Source of the DNA: an uncultured Thermoplasmata archaeon
GTDB taxonomy: Archaea > Thermoplasmatota > Thermoplasmata > Halarchaeoplasmatales > Halarchaeoplasmataceae
Reading direction: 5' to 3'
Assembly: GCA_964602715.1 (NCBI GenBank)
Contig: CAZRSB010000003.1
Location: forward strand, 5,783 to 69,782
Length of the DNA: 64,000 bases
Shown: positions 27,606 through 37,285 of the stretch, one piece after another
Layout: every line of letters starts with the position of its first letter
Numbering within the stretch: the first letter of the stretch is position 1
Program-made: the position numbers and the translations under genes
The notes under the pieces: model-generated
What the model was told of the DNA's origin: nothing
What the model saw: the letters and a program-made list of their open reading frames with translations, nothing else
Databases searched by the model: none

Positions 27606-28390
27606 TGTCTGAAAAAGAAGAGTATGAATGGCCCGGAGAAGGGGAACTTGTAATCTGCGATGTGAAAACCGTAAAAGACTTTGGAGCCTTCCTAGAGTTG
27701 GAGGAATACAGTCAAAAAGAAGGTTTTGTCCATATATCCGAAATTTCTTCAGGATGGGTAAAACGAATTCAGGACCATATACAGGAAGGGGAGAAAAGAG
27801 TCTGTAAAGTTCTCAGAGTAGATAAGAATAAAGGACATATTGATCTTTCACTCAAGCAAGTTAATGATCATCAAAAGAGAGAAAAGCTACAGGCATGGAA
27901 AAACCAGAAAAAAGCCAACAAATTGCTCAAGATTGTAGCTGAAAGATATAATAAAAATTTGGAAGAATGTTACGATGAATTTGGTTTTGAACTAAGTGAT
28001 GAATTCGGTAGTTTGTATAAATCATTTGAGAAAATATCACTGAATCCAGACATATTAGAAGAAAAAGGATTCGAAGGTGAATGGATAAAGCATTTCAAAG
28101 ATGTAGCCTCTGAAAACATTTCGCCTCCGTATGTTAGTATAACAGGTTATGCAGAAATATCGTCACCTAAACCAGAAGGTGTATCTGACATAAAAGAGGC
28201 TCTGAAAATTTTTGAGGATACCGACGATTCTTTTGTGGATGTTAATTATGTGGCGGCACCTAAATACAGTATAGAAATTAAATCACAAGATTATAAGAGC
28301 GCTGAGCAAGTGTTTAAAGATCAATCCAAAAAAGTGATAAAAAAAATAGAAGAAAAGGGTGGCAAAGGGAAATTTTATAGAAAGGGTTGA
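27602..28390 (+). CDS. eif2a: translation initiation factor aIF2 alpha subunit
   Basis: S1 domain GELVICDVKTVKDFGAFLEL...GFVHISEISSGWVKRIQD. Conserved L44e-S27e-aIF2alpha operon. Confidence 0.9.
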   Translation: MMSEKEEYEWPGEGELVICDVKTVKDFGAFLELEEYSQKEGFVHISEISSGWVKRIQDHIQEGEKRVCKVLRVDKNKGHIDLSLKQVNDHQKREKLQAWKNQKKANKLLKIVAERYNKNLEECYDEFGFELSDEFGSLYKSFEKISLNPDILEEKGFEGEWIKHFKDVASENISPPYVSITGYAEISSPKPEGVSDIKEALKIFEDTDDSFVDVNYVAAPKYSIEIKSQDYKSAEQVFKDQSKKVIKKIEEKGGKGKFYRKG

Positions 28391-28773
28391 AGAGCATAGC
28401 AAGTTTAGTCAACTACCCCTCTCTAAAGGAAAGGGCTTGTATACAGCAAGACCAGACTGCATCGACAATTTAATTATCAGTGTACTCCACTCTATCCTGC
28501 AGAGCAGGAACGGAGAGGCATGTAGCTTCACGTTCGCTTCAACGTACCTGATTTAAGGGTCTGTTGACCACGACCCAAGCCGAGAAAGAACCCGTGCATG
28601 GTCAGTAGCGGGCAACCGCATTCGTTTCTTTTGCCTTCTCGGATTGCAGATATATTATTGTTTTTACAGTATTTAAATGTTCTGGATGTATTCCTCCCCG
28701 CCCTGAAGGACGGGGCCTCCTACCTTGTCTCAGGTGACTTTTTAATCTTATTTTTTGAGTAGAAGATAAGCCA

Positions 28774-29301
28774 TCACTTTTTGTAATATCTATCCCTTTC
28801 GCTGAAAATACAGCCGCAATATCCCTGTTTATAGAGGTTTAATTTATTTGCCATGTTATGATGTTCTGAAAAACCTTTCCTCAAGTCCTTATAAATAAAT
28901 TCTACATCTTTTGATCTTCCAACTCTTTTTCCTACCTTTTTGATCAATTGATGATCCTGGTATGGTGAGATAGTTAATGTTGTGGAAAATCGAGGTATTT
29001 TCTTTTCTTTAGCAATTTTTGCCGTCCTCAGAAATCTTCTTTCATAACAGATCTCACATCTATTTTCAGCTTCTAGCGCTTCTTTTAAAAAGCCTTCTAA
29101 GTGGTATTCATCTAAAAAAATAATTTTTGTATCTATCTCTTCCTCAAAGTTTTTCATAGATTCTAAGCGTTTCTCATATTCTTTAAAAGGGTGTATATTA
29201 GGATTGAACCAGATAGGTGTCACATCATCATATGCCTTTTTAAACTCTTTATAAGAGTAGGTAAGACAAGGAGCACAACAAGTATGAAGTAAGATACTCA
29301 T
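28774..29301 (-). CDS. queH: epoxyqueuosine reductase QueH (DUF208) homolog
   Basis: N-terminal LLHTCCAPC and C-terminal GYCGCIFSE match QueH hallmarks. 175 aa. Confidence 0.8.
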   Translation of the reverse strand: MSILLHTCCAPCLTYSYKEFKKAYDDVTPIWFNPNIHPFKEYEKRLESMKNFEEEIDTKIIFLDEYHLEGFLKEALEAENRCEICYERRFLRTAKIAKEKKIPRFSTTLTISPYQDHQLIKKVGKRVGRSKDVEFIYKDLRKGFSEHHNMANKLNLYKQGYCGCIFSERDRYYKK

Positions 29302-29325
29302 ATTGAGTCACCGATTTAGTTCAAA

Positions 29326-32300
29326 TCAAAAATCTAGAGAAAGTCGTTTTTTCTTTTTTTTCTCCTTTTCCGCTTTCTTTTCCTCTTTCTCTTCTTGAAA
29401 TTCATACACTACTAAATTAGTTCCGCAATCCGGACACTCCTCTTCTTCCTGAGAACAAGAGACATCATAGAGTTTACCACAGCTACAGTAAATTAGTTTT
29501 TCACCTTCATCGATCATCTCCCCACAAACTTCACATTTTTCCTTTTCCTCGGCAACTCTTAACTCTGAGCCTAGACTCACATCTAAAATTTCTTCGTCTT
29601 CAAAATTTTTATCGTCAAATATTCTAAGACCGCTAGCTACGATAGAGGCTCCCTCGTTCGAAGGTTTGATTTCACATGTGATCACGTGTTCTTCTCCAGC
29701 TTTTAGCTTTTCTTTGTTTGATATATCTCTAATCTCGCCCCCTATGAGTTCTATTTTGATATCTTTAGCGAGAGCTTGACCCTGGTTTATTAGTGAAATA
29801 TCCGCTTCATCCCATTTATCTACAGTAAATTTTCCAGAAACGTGCACTTCAATATCTGGGCTGTAATCAGAAAGCACATCCTCAATCTCTTGATGAGCTT
29901 CTTTTATTTTTTCAAAGGCTTCTATTTTGTCTTTCTCCTTTTTTATTGCCTCGGCCTCCTCTAATTTTTCTACAGCTGATTTGACGGAAGCTCCGAATTT
30001 TTTAGCATTTTTTATGGATTCCTTAACTTGGTTTAGAATCTCATCATACTCTTTCTGCTTCTTCAGACCTGAAATATTTTTAGCCTCTTCAATATATTTC
30101 GAAGCTTCTATAGGGTTATCAAACTCCATGAAAAATCTAGCTTTCTTCAGTATCTCTAACGCATTATCGACATCCTTTTCTCCTTTTTTTCTGACGTCTC
30201 CTTCTAGATTCTCAATGACGTCCCTGATCACGTCTTTATTTTCTGCTAAAATTTTATCAATATCTTCTAGAATCCTTTTAGCTTTTTTATATTGGCCATT
30301 TCTGTGATATTGGATGACTTCATTTTTCCTTTCTTCAAACTCAGATATATCTATTTCTCGATTTTCAAACTCTTCCATCAGGGTGTCAATATTATCTATA
30401 AAAAGTTTGATGTCTTCATACGCTTTCAATAGATTACTTAATTCTTCCCAAGCTTTCCAGGAATTTTCAATCACCTTAGTGTAGAAACCACTCTCATATG
30501 ATTGATTTGCTTGTTTCAGTATTTTTTTTGGTTGTTCAATTAGGATACCTTGATCCTGGAGCCTTTCTAACTCCTCTTTAGTTTTCGTAAGGCTTATGTT
30601 GGCTAATTTCTTCTGCATGCCCATCCTTTCTAGCTCACCCTCTGTTTGCATCGCGAACTTTACACCTTCGAGAAATCTCCTTTCATTTTTAGCTTTAACA
30701 GCTTTTTGAATCTTATTTTCAGCAAGAGCGGTATAAACGCCTTTATCACTTAGATCTTTTATTCTTTTTTTAGAATTGTTTATGATCTGTTCTAATCTAT
30801 CCTGCTGAGCTTTCTTACTGTCATCTAAAATTTTTTCAGCCTTTTCAAAAGCTTCATGATACCTAGCTTTTTCTATGTCTTCTTCAGCTTTTTCACTTAA
30901 CTTCCTTTCCTTACTTACATCCGCACCCATTATAGCAGCCTTCATCAAAGTGGTCTTGGCCTCAGCTAACACTTTTCTAGCTGATTTACCTTCTTCTTTA
31001 ATTTCATCAAGATCTTCTTTCAGGCCTTTTAACTTTTCTAGAGAATCCGTAATCCTTTTTTGGTTCAGCAAAGATCTTGTCCGTTTAATCTTATCTTTTT
31101 TCTCATCAACTTGAAAGCCCATCTCTTTCGCACAATCGCAGATGTCTTTAATCTTTTCTAATTCCTCATCTAAAGATTTTTCCAATATATCATTCAATTC
31201 GGTCTGTTTCTCTTTTATAATCTCCTTCACATCCGATTTTTCCCTGTCACTAACGGACTCTTTGATCTCTTGAAATTCTTCCTCGAATTCTTTAACCTCT
31301 TTATCAGAGAGCTCATAATTTTCTATTTTTTCTAATTTTTCTTCGATATTATGTGTTACCTCTTCAAAAAGATTATCAAATTCAAAGTTAGTGAGGATTT
31401 CATCAGCTTCCTGGGTTTTTTGTATGCTGTTCTCGTAATTCCTTGCTTCAAATTCTTTTTTTGCCTCTAACAATATGTTCTTTGCTGAATTGAGTTCATC
31501 ACCATCTTTTTTCTTTCTAAGATCTTTTAATTTAGATGCCGCGGCTGAAAGCATATCATAAGCTTCTTTTCTTTTATCTTTCAACTTAACCAGCTCCTTT
31601 TTCAATTTCTTTGCCGAAATTATACTATCGACAAAATTTTTTCTTTCTGTTTCTTCCTCTAAGTTTTTTAAATTTTCTTCATAAGCATCGGTTTCGACCC
31701 CCTCCTTCTTCGCCTCTTCTATCTCCTCTCTCGTTGTAGTCAGGGTTTTCTCAGCTATCAGAGATAGCGAGTTATTTAGGCTATCAAAAGCTTCTTCTAT
31801 TAAGGGCAAAGCTTCTGTTTCTTCGTCATCTTTCATGAAATCCTTAGCTTTTTCTATTTTTTCCTTTTGAGTGTCTATGTCTTCTACTTCTATCTCTTCT
31901 TTTTCAACTAGCTCTATTTTATCAAGAACCTCATCAATCTTGCTTTCTGCGGCACCCATCTTGACTCTTTTTACTTTTTTTCTTAAATGTTCTAGATTCT
32001 TTATAGAATCATCATATCTACTTTCTTCGATGCTTTTTTCACCTTTTGATACGATATCACTGAGCTCCTCCTTTGTCTCCTTTTCGATGTCTTCTATCTC
32101 GATTTGTTTTTCCCTAATTTCATCGTACTCCTGCTTTAATTTGCTTTCGATTTTTTCTGAAATTATCTCTATTCCTTTTTGAGCTATCTCAGCACTTTCT
32201 AAGTGATCAGAAGCTTCATATTTTTCACGGCTTCTTTTTATCTGATCAGAAAGTGATTCTAAATCGATATCTAATTTTTTTGCGCTTTTAGATAGATCTT

Positions 32301-33738
32301 CTAAATCACTGATCAGTGATTTAGCCTTTTCTTTTGATGCCTTAACTATTTTCTCCTGAAGCTCCTGGGATAAAGATGTTACTTTTTCTAAATTTTTTTC
32401 ATCCCATTGATATTTTATATCCTCTATTAACCCCTCTAACTCTTCAAAATCCTCCTCAAAAACGTTAATTAGTTTCCTGACTTCATCTTTCTGTTCTTGT
32501 ATCTTTTCTTTAGTTTTTTCAAACTTTTCAGTTAATTCTTGAACCTTTTCTCTTCCTTTGTGAGCCCACTCTAAAGATTCCTTGTAATCGTTCTTTTTCA
32601 AAGAATCTCTAGCAGTATTTAAAAATCGCATAGGCTCTTTTATGTCTGCACCTATCTCTTTAGCTTTTATGAAATCCTCCCTAGATTCCGCTATAGTATT
32701 CAAAACTTTATCGAATTTTTTTTCTTCAATTTTTTCTAAAGCTTCATTTAATAATCTATCAGCTTCTTCAATTTTGTCTTTTTTTTCTAAATTTTCAGCC
32801 TCCTCCCTCATCTCTTCTACTGTTTTTATAGGAGCATCTATCTCTTCTGCTTCCTCTATCTCCTCATCTAATTTCCTGAATTTTGATCCTAATATCTTTT
32901 CATCATAGATCTGATTGATCTCTTTTTTACCTTGTTTTAAATCTCTCAAAGCTTCTAAATATTTTTCCTCTTTGATTTTAGATTTTCCGTCATTTAATAA
33001 TTTATCCAAATTCGTTAATTTAATATCCTTGTTTTCTTCTAATTTCGCTTTTTTCCTTTCGATTTCGTTTATATTTTCCTGTAAGCCTTCTTCTACATGG
33101 TCTAGTATCTCTTTTTCTATATCTTGGATCAGAGACAAAGCTCTTTCAAATTCTTGAGAATCCAAAGAATACTCAGCCTTCGAAACCAACTCTTTCCCGG
33201 CCTCTTTTACATCTTCTGGTTCATCAAGGAAATCTATTAGAGACTCTAATCTTTCTTTCCTTTCTATTAAACCTTTTTCAATTATTTTCTCTGATTCCTT
33301 TTTCACCGTCACGATTTCATTTAAACCTTCTTCAATATTTCCCTTTTCTAGAAGAACCTTACAGTTTTCGATCTTTTCCTGCATCTCCTTAGATCCGCTC
33401 TCAGAATCAACTTCTTCTAGTATCTTATCTAAAGGACCAATCAACTCTTCATATTTTGAGATGCTTTGTGATTTTATAGATTCAATAACTTCTTGAAAAA
33501 TATCCAATGATTTTCTAAAATTCTTTTGTTCTAATTCTTCTTTACCTTCCTCAAATGACGTCTTCACATCTTCCAATTCTAAATCTACCTCGGAGGACTC
33601 AGCCAAATCAAGGAGTTTTTCCGTTTCTTTCATCATCTCCTGGGCATTTTTCTTTTCTTCCGCCGTCTTTTTGGCTTTTTCCTCCATCTCCTTTGCAAGT
33701 TGTCTTGCTTTTAGATACTTACCTGACAATCTTTTCAC
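29326..33738 (-). CDS. giant coiled-coil protein (1470 aa) with C-terminal beta-rich domain and zinc ribbons
   Basis: E/K-rich heptad-like sequence through about 1250 aa. C-terminus: CEVCGEMIDEGEKLIYCSCGKLYDVSCSQEEEECPDCG, then a KEKKKKK tail. Confidence 0.7.
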   Translation of the reverse strand: MKRLSGKYLKARQLAKEMEEKAKKTAEEKKNAQEMMKETEKLLDLAESSEVDLELEDVKTSFEEGKEELEQKNFRKSLDIFQEVIESIKSQSISKYEELIGPLDKILEEVDSESGSKEMQEKIENCKVLLEKGNIEEGLNEIVTVKKESEKIIEKGLIERKERLESLIDFLDEPEDVKEAGKELVSKAEYSLDSQEFERALSLIQDIEKEILDHVEEGLQENINEIERKKAKLEENKDIKLTNLDKLLNDGKSKIKEEKYLEALRDLKQGKKEINQIYDEKILGSKFRKLDEEIEEAEEIDAPIKTVEEMREEAENLEKKDKIEEADRLLNEALEKIEEKKFDKVLNTIAESREDFIKAKEIGADIKEPMRFLNTARDSLKKNDYKESLEWAHKGREKVQELTEKFEKTKEKIQEQKDEVRKLINVFEEDFEELEGLIEDIKYQWDEKNLEKVTSLSQELQEKIVKASKEKAKSLISDLEDLSKSAKKLDIDLESLSDQIKRSREKYEASDHLESAEIAQKGIEIISEKIESKLKQEYDEIREKQIEIEDIEKETKEELSDIVSKGEKSIEESRYDDSIKNLEHLRKKVKRVKMGAAESKIDEVLDKIELVEKEEIEVEDIDTQKEKIEKAKDFMKDDEETEALPLIEEAFDSLNNSLSLIAEKTLTTTREEIEEAKKEGVETDAYEENLKNLEEETERKNFVDSIISAKKLKKELVKLKDKRKEAYDMLSAAASKLKDLRKKKDGDELNSAKNILLEAKKEFEARNYENSIQKTQEADEILTNFEFDNLFEEVTHNIEEKLEKIENYELSDKEVKEFEEEFQEIKESVSDREKSDVKEIIKEKQTELNDILEKSLDEELEKIKDICDCAKEMGFQVDEKKDKIKRTRSLLNQKRITDSLEKLKGLKEDLDEIKEEGKSARKVLAEAKTTLMKAAIMGADVSKERKLSEKAEEDIEKARYHEAFEKAEKILDDSKKAQQDRLEQIINNSKKRIKDLSDKGVYTALAENKIQKAVKAKNERRFLEGVKFAMQTEGELERMGMQKKLANISLTKTKEELERLQDQGILIEQPKKILKQANQSYESGFYTKVIENSWKAWEELSNLLKAYEDIKLFIDNIDTLMEEFENREIDISEFEERKNEVIQYHRNGQYKKAKRILEDIDKILAENKDVIRDVIENLEGDVRKKGEKDVDNALEILKKARFFMEFDNPIEASKYIEEAKNISGLKKQKEYDEILNQVKESIKNAKKFGASVKSAVEKLEEAEAIKKEKDKIEAFEKIKEAHQEIEDVLSDYSPDIEVHVSGKFTVDKWDEADISLINQGQALAKDIKIELIGGEIRDISNKEKLKAGEEHVITCEIKPSNEGASIVASGLRIFDDKNFEDEEILDVSLGSELRVAEEKEKCEVCGEMIDEGEKLIYCSCGKLYDVSCSQEEEECPDCGTNLVVYEFQEEKEEKKAEKEKKKKKRLSLDF

Positions 33739-33959
33739 CTCAGCAACCTATAATTTTTTGATTAATCAATATTCCGTACACGGATTTTTTCATATTCCTA
33801 TATTATGTACTAACATATAGTCATTGGGAACGAGGTTTATTTTTTTTTCTATTTTTTGATGAGTAAAACTATGTATTGTAGGTCCAAATGTGAAAATCGA
33901 AAGATTTTTATACTCTATCAACCCTATTTTGTCATACATATCGTCAGACAGGAGTTACC

Positions 33960-34511
33960 ATGGGACGAAAATTACCTAAATACCTAAAAGAAAAAGAGGT
34001 TAGGAAGCTTCTCAAAGCTCCTGAAAGAGAAAAGATACGCGATAGGTTGATTCTGAGAATCCTATATAGATGTGGATTAAGAGTCTCAGAACTCACATCG
34101 CTTAAGATAGAGGACATTGATTTCGATGAAAATATGATAACTGTGAGAGGAGGAAAAGGGGATAAAGATAGAGTTGTTCCTATTGATCATGAAACTTTAG
34201 ATCTAATCCAGCTTTACAAAAAAGACGCAGAAAAAGGAATACTTATACTTTCACAGCGTGGACAAGGTCTCTCTACTAGACAGATCGAGAGGATAGTCAA
34301 AAAATATGCAAAGAAAGCTGGAATCGATAAAAATGTCTATCCACACATGTTGCGACATAGCTTTGCTGTACATTCTTTAAAAGCAGGAATGAATTTAAGG
34401 AGTGTGCAGAAGATGTTAGGTCATTCGTCATTGACTACTACTCAAATTTATCTAGATCTCACAGGTGAAGATATAAAGAAAGATTACGAAGAGCATCCTC
34501 TACCAGCCTAA
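33960..34511 (+). CDS. short tyrosine recombinase (catalytic domain only, 183 aa)
   Basis: RVSELTSLKIEDID...VRGGKGDKDRVVPI...HMLRHSFAVH...LGHSSLTTTQIYL gives R, K, HxxR and Y catalytic residues. No N-terminal core-binding domain. Confidence 0.75.
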   Translation: MGRKLPKYLKEKEVRKLLKAPEREKIRDRLILRILYRCGLRVSELTSLKIEDIDFDENMITVRGGKGDKDRVVPIDHETLDLIQLYKKDAEKGILILSQRGQGLSTRQIERIVKKYAKKAGIDKNVYPHMLRHSFAVHSLKAGMNLRSVQKMLGHSSLTTTQIYLDLTGEDIKKDYEEHPLPA

Positions 34512-34558
34512 TATTTATATCAGTAAACTGCTTGTTGTTTTAGCACATTACCCGAACC

Positions 34559-35806
34559 ATGAAAAAACAAGGTGAAAATATGGAAGATGTTTTCCAAAAA
34601 ATAGAAGATATGAAAAAAGAAATGAAAGAATCATTGATCAAGATGTTGAAGATCCCTGCTATCGGTCCAAGCAACGATGGAGATGGAGAAAAAAGTAGAG
34701 CAGATTTTATCTTAGACTTGATAGAAGATTTTGGATTTGATTCTATCGAGAGGTATGATGCAAAAGATGATAGAGTACCAAGTGGTATAAGACCAAACAT
34801 AATCGCTACTAAAAAGGGAAAAACAGACAAGAATTTAGTGATAATCAGCCATATGGACATAGTTCCTGAAGGTGATCTAGAAGAGTGGGATACCGATCCA
34901 TTCGATCCAATTTTTGAAGATGGAAAAATTTACGGCAGAGGTTCAGAGGATAACGGACAAGCCCTGATCTCTAGTATTTATGCAGTTAAAGCCATTACCG
35001 AAACTGAAACAAAGCCCGAATACAATATCAAGATCATGATGGTCTCTGATGAAGAAACAGGTAGCGAATATGGTGTAGATCATCTCTTAGAAAAGGGGGT
35101 TTTTGATAAAGATGATATGATACTTGTTCCCGATCATAGCGAAAAAGAAGGAAAACGAATCGAGATCGCAGAAAAGGCCGGGTTATGGGTCAGAGCGGAA
35201 GTACATGGAGAACAAGGTCACGCTGCTTATCCGGGTTACAAAACAAACGCAAATAGGGTTATGGCGAGATATCAGAATTTGGTAGATGAAGAACTCCATC
35301 ATGAATTCCAAGAAGAGAGTGAACTCTTTTCACCTTCAAAAAGTACTTTTGAGCCAACTAAAAGATTGAGTAATGTACCCAATGTCAACACAATTCCTGG
35401 AAAAGAAGTCCAGTATTTCGATTGTAGAGTATTACCCTCAATAGATCTAGATAAAGTAAAAACTACTTTCAATAAATGCGCAGAATTCTTAGAAGACGAA
35501 GTAGATTGTGAGATAAAAATCAAGTATGTCAAAGAAAGCGAGGCGCCTAAAAGAACTCCTGAAGATTCTAAAATAGTACGAAATCTGAAAAAAGCAGTGG
35601 AAGAAGTTACTGGATTTGAACCAGGTGTAGCAGGGATAGGTGGTGGAACAGTAGCTAAAAGCTTCAGAGATAAAGGCATACCAACAGCCGTTTGGTGTTC
35701 AAATAAGGGGCTTGCTCACCAACCAAATGAATTTGCTGTTTTGGATTACATGGTGAGAGACGCCAAAGTATTTGCAAAATTAGCCACCAGGCCAGATGAT
35801 AACTAA
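34559..35806 (+). CDS. M20-family metallopeptidase (ArgE/DapE-like)
   Basis: SHMDIVPEGD, GRGSEDNGQAL and the M20 dimerisation-region pattern. Confidence 0.7.
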   Translation: MKKQGENMEDVFQKIEDMKKEMKESLIKMLKIPAIGPSNDGDGEKSRADFILDLIEDFGFDSIERYDAKDDRVPSGIRPNIIATKKGKTDKNLVIISHMDIVPEGDLEEWDTDPFDPIFEDGKIYGRGSEDNGQALISSIYAVKAITETETKPEYNIKIMMVSDEETGSEYGVDHLLEKGVFDKDDMILVPDHSEKEGKRIEIAEKAGLWVRAEVHGEQGHAAYPGYKTNANRVMARYQNLVDEELHHEFQEESELFSPSKSTFEPTKRLSNVPNVNTIPGKEVQYFDCRVLPSIDLDKVKTTFNKCAEFLEDEVDCEIKIKYVKESEAPKRTPEDSKIVRNLKKAVEEVTGFEPGVAGIGGGTVAKSFRDKGIPTAVWCSNKGLAHQPNEFAVLDYMVRDAKVFAKLATRPDDN

Positions 35807-36999
35807 AAAACTGTTATCTCATCATTTAAAATCTTTTCTTTGATATCATATATTTTATTCAGTTGGTCTTTAGCTATAGCTTCTGCATTTTCTTCCTTTA
35901 CTTCAGAATCTACGTCTTCTTCAACAACTAGTTGGATACTTCCTATTTGTGGATCCGTTATTGGTTTTCCGATCTGGGAAACTAGTCTGACCAAAACCTC
36001 ATGAACTCCATCTTTTTCCTCCTCATAAATCTCTTCAGCTATCTCTTTGGCGATTATATTATAGAGTTTACCTATATGCGTAACTGGATTTTTGCCAGCA
36101 GATGCTTCCATACTCATCGGCCTGAAAGGTGTGATTAAACCATTTATTCTATTTCCCCGACCTACTGAACCATCATCTCCATTTTCCATTGATAATCCTG
36201 TGACTGTCAGATAATATATGTCCTTTTCGTAATTATCAGCGGTGTTTATCATTAAATTCAGATCTCTAGAAGTTTGTTTCACCAAATGGTCCTTAACTCT
36301 TTCTCTGAGTTCTTGGATGACACTTTTGTAATGATCAGCATCAGGAGTGAGTGAATCGATAACTGCAGCTGCTATTGTTATATCGATCTTATCTTCTTTG
36401 CGGGTAGACATCACTTTGATATCTTGACCTATTTCTGGCAAATCTTCTTTTAGAGGACTATTTATGAATCTCTCAGTATCTAATGTTATCTTTTCTGTGT
36501 CACTTAAGGGTGCATATGATACTCCAAAAGAGGTGTCATTAGCATTCTGCTGACTTGTGTCATATACCTCCTGAAGATCTACAGAGCCCTTGCCTATCCG
36601 ACAGTCTATCATAACACCTTCTTCGACATTTAGATGGGGGCAACTTTTTTCTAAATAATTTTCTGCAGTATTTAAAGCTGTAGACTTGTAGGGCAGACGT
36701 TTCCCATTTACATCGGTTGTAGCTCTGCCTGCTAGAAGAATATAAACCGGCTCTAATATCTCCCCTCCACCAAATTTTGGTTTAGCCTGTCCACCCACGA
36801 TCTGTACTTCATCAGTGTTATGATGTAATATTCTACTATGTTTTTCTAGATACATCCTTGAGAGAGACTTACTAATTTCCTCTGCAATTCCATCAGCTAT
36901 ACTATCGGGATGTCCCATACCTTTCCTTTCGACTATCTCCATCTTCTGGTCCTCAATAGGGGTTTCGTGAATTGTTTCAGCATTTATTTCGCTACACAT
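35803..36999 (-). CDS. mat: archaeal-type S-adenosylmethionine synthetase
   Basis: [16 protein letters not shown] and overall archaeal MAT architecture. 398 aa. Confidence 0.9.
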   Translation of the reverse strand: MCSEINAETIHETPIEDQKMEIVERKGMGHPDSIADGIAEEISKSLSRMYLEKHSRILHHNTDEVQIVGGQAKPKFGGGEILEPVYILLAGRATTDVNGKRLPYKSTALNTAENYLEKSCPHLNVEEGVMIDCRIGKGSVDLQEVYDTSQQNANDTSFGVSYAPLSDTEKITLDTERFINSPLKEDLPEIGQDIKVMSTRKEDKIDITIAAAVIDSLTPDADHYKSVIQELRERVKDHLVKQTSRDLNLMINTADNYEKDIYYLTVTGLSMENGDDGSVGRGNRINGLITPFRPMSMEASAGKNPVTHIGKLYNIIAKEIAEEIYEEEKDGVHEVLVRLVSQIGKPITDPQIGSIQLVVEEDVDSEVKEENAEAIAKDQLNKIYDIKEKILNDEITVF

Positions 37000-37285
37000 C
37001 TCATATCTCCTCTTAAATCTTTTAATTTAAAATTCAAAGTAGGATGGTTTATTTAATATTAGTGACATCCTCACCAGCCAAAGTTGATGAGGTTGCATTC
37101 TGCTCGCCGACTTGACTGTCTTTTCTGCTTTCATCTCCTCAGCTTTACAGGATCTTTTAGATATTTGAGTGTTCATCAAGGGGAAGGGTAAAAGTGAAAC
37201 GCCGATCCATCAGCGGTGATAACGAGGATGAAGAGGACGATAATCCTTGCGGAAGGTGTCTTCTCGGTCACCTATGTATAATTGA

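Noticed and set aside
28359-28556. 65-aa ORF considered as Nop10
   Set aside because: Lacks the CxxC...CxxC zinc ribbon and the conserved Nop10 C-terminal motif. More likely non-coding structured sequence.
28400-28640. RNase P RNA assignment for the GC-rich segment
   Set aside because: The CR-I-like motif reads AGGAAAGGGC rather than the universal AGGAAAGUCCGGGC, and I could not assemble a P4 pseudoknot. Kept only as a generic ncRNA candidate.
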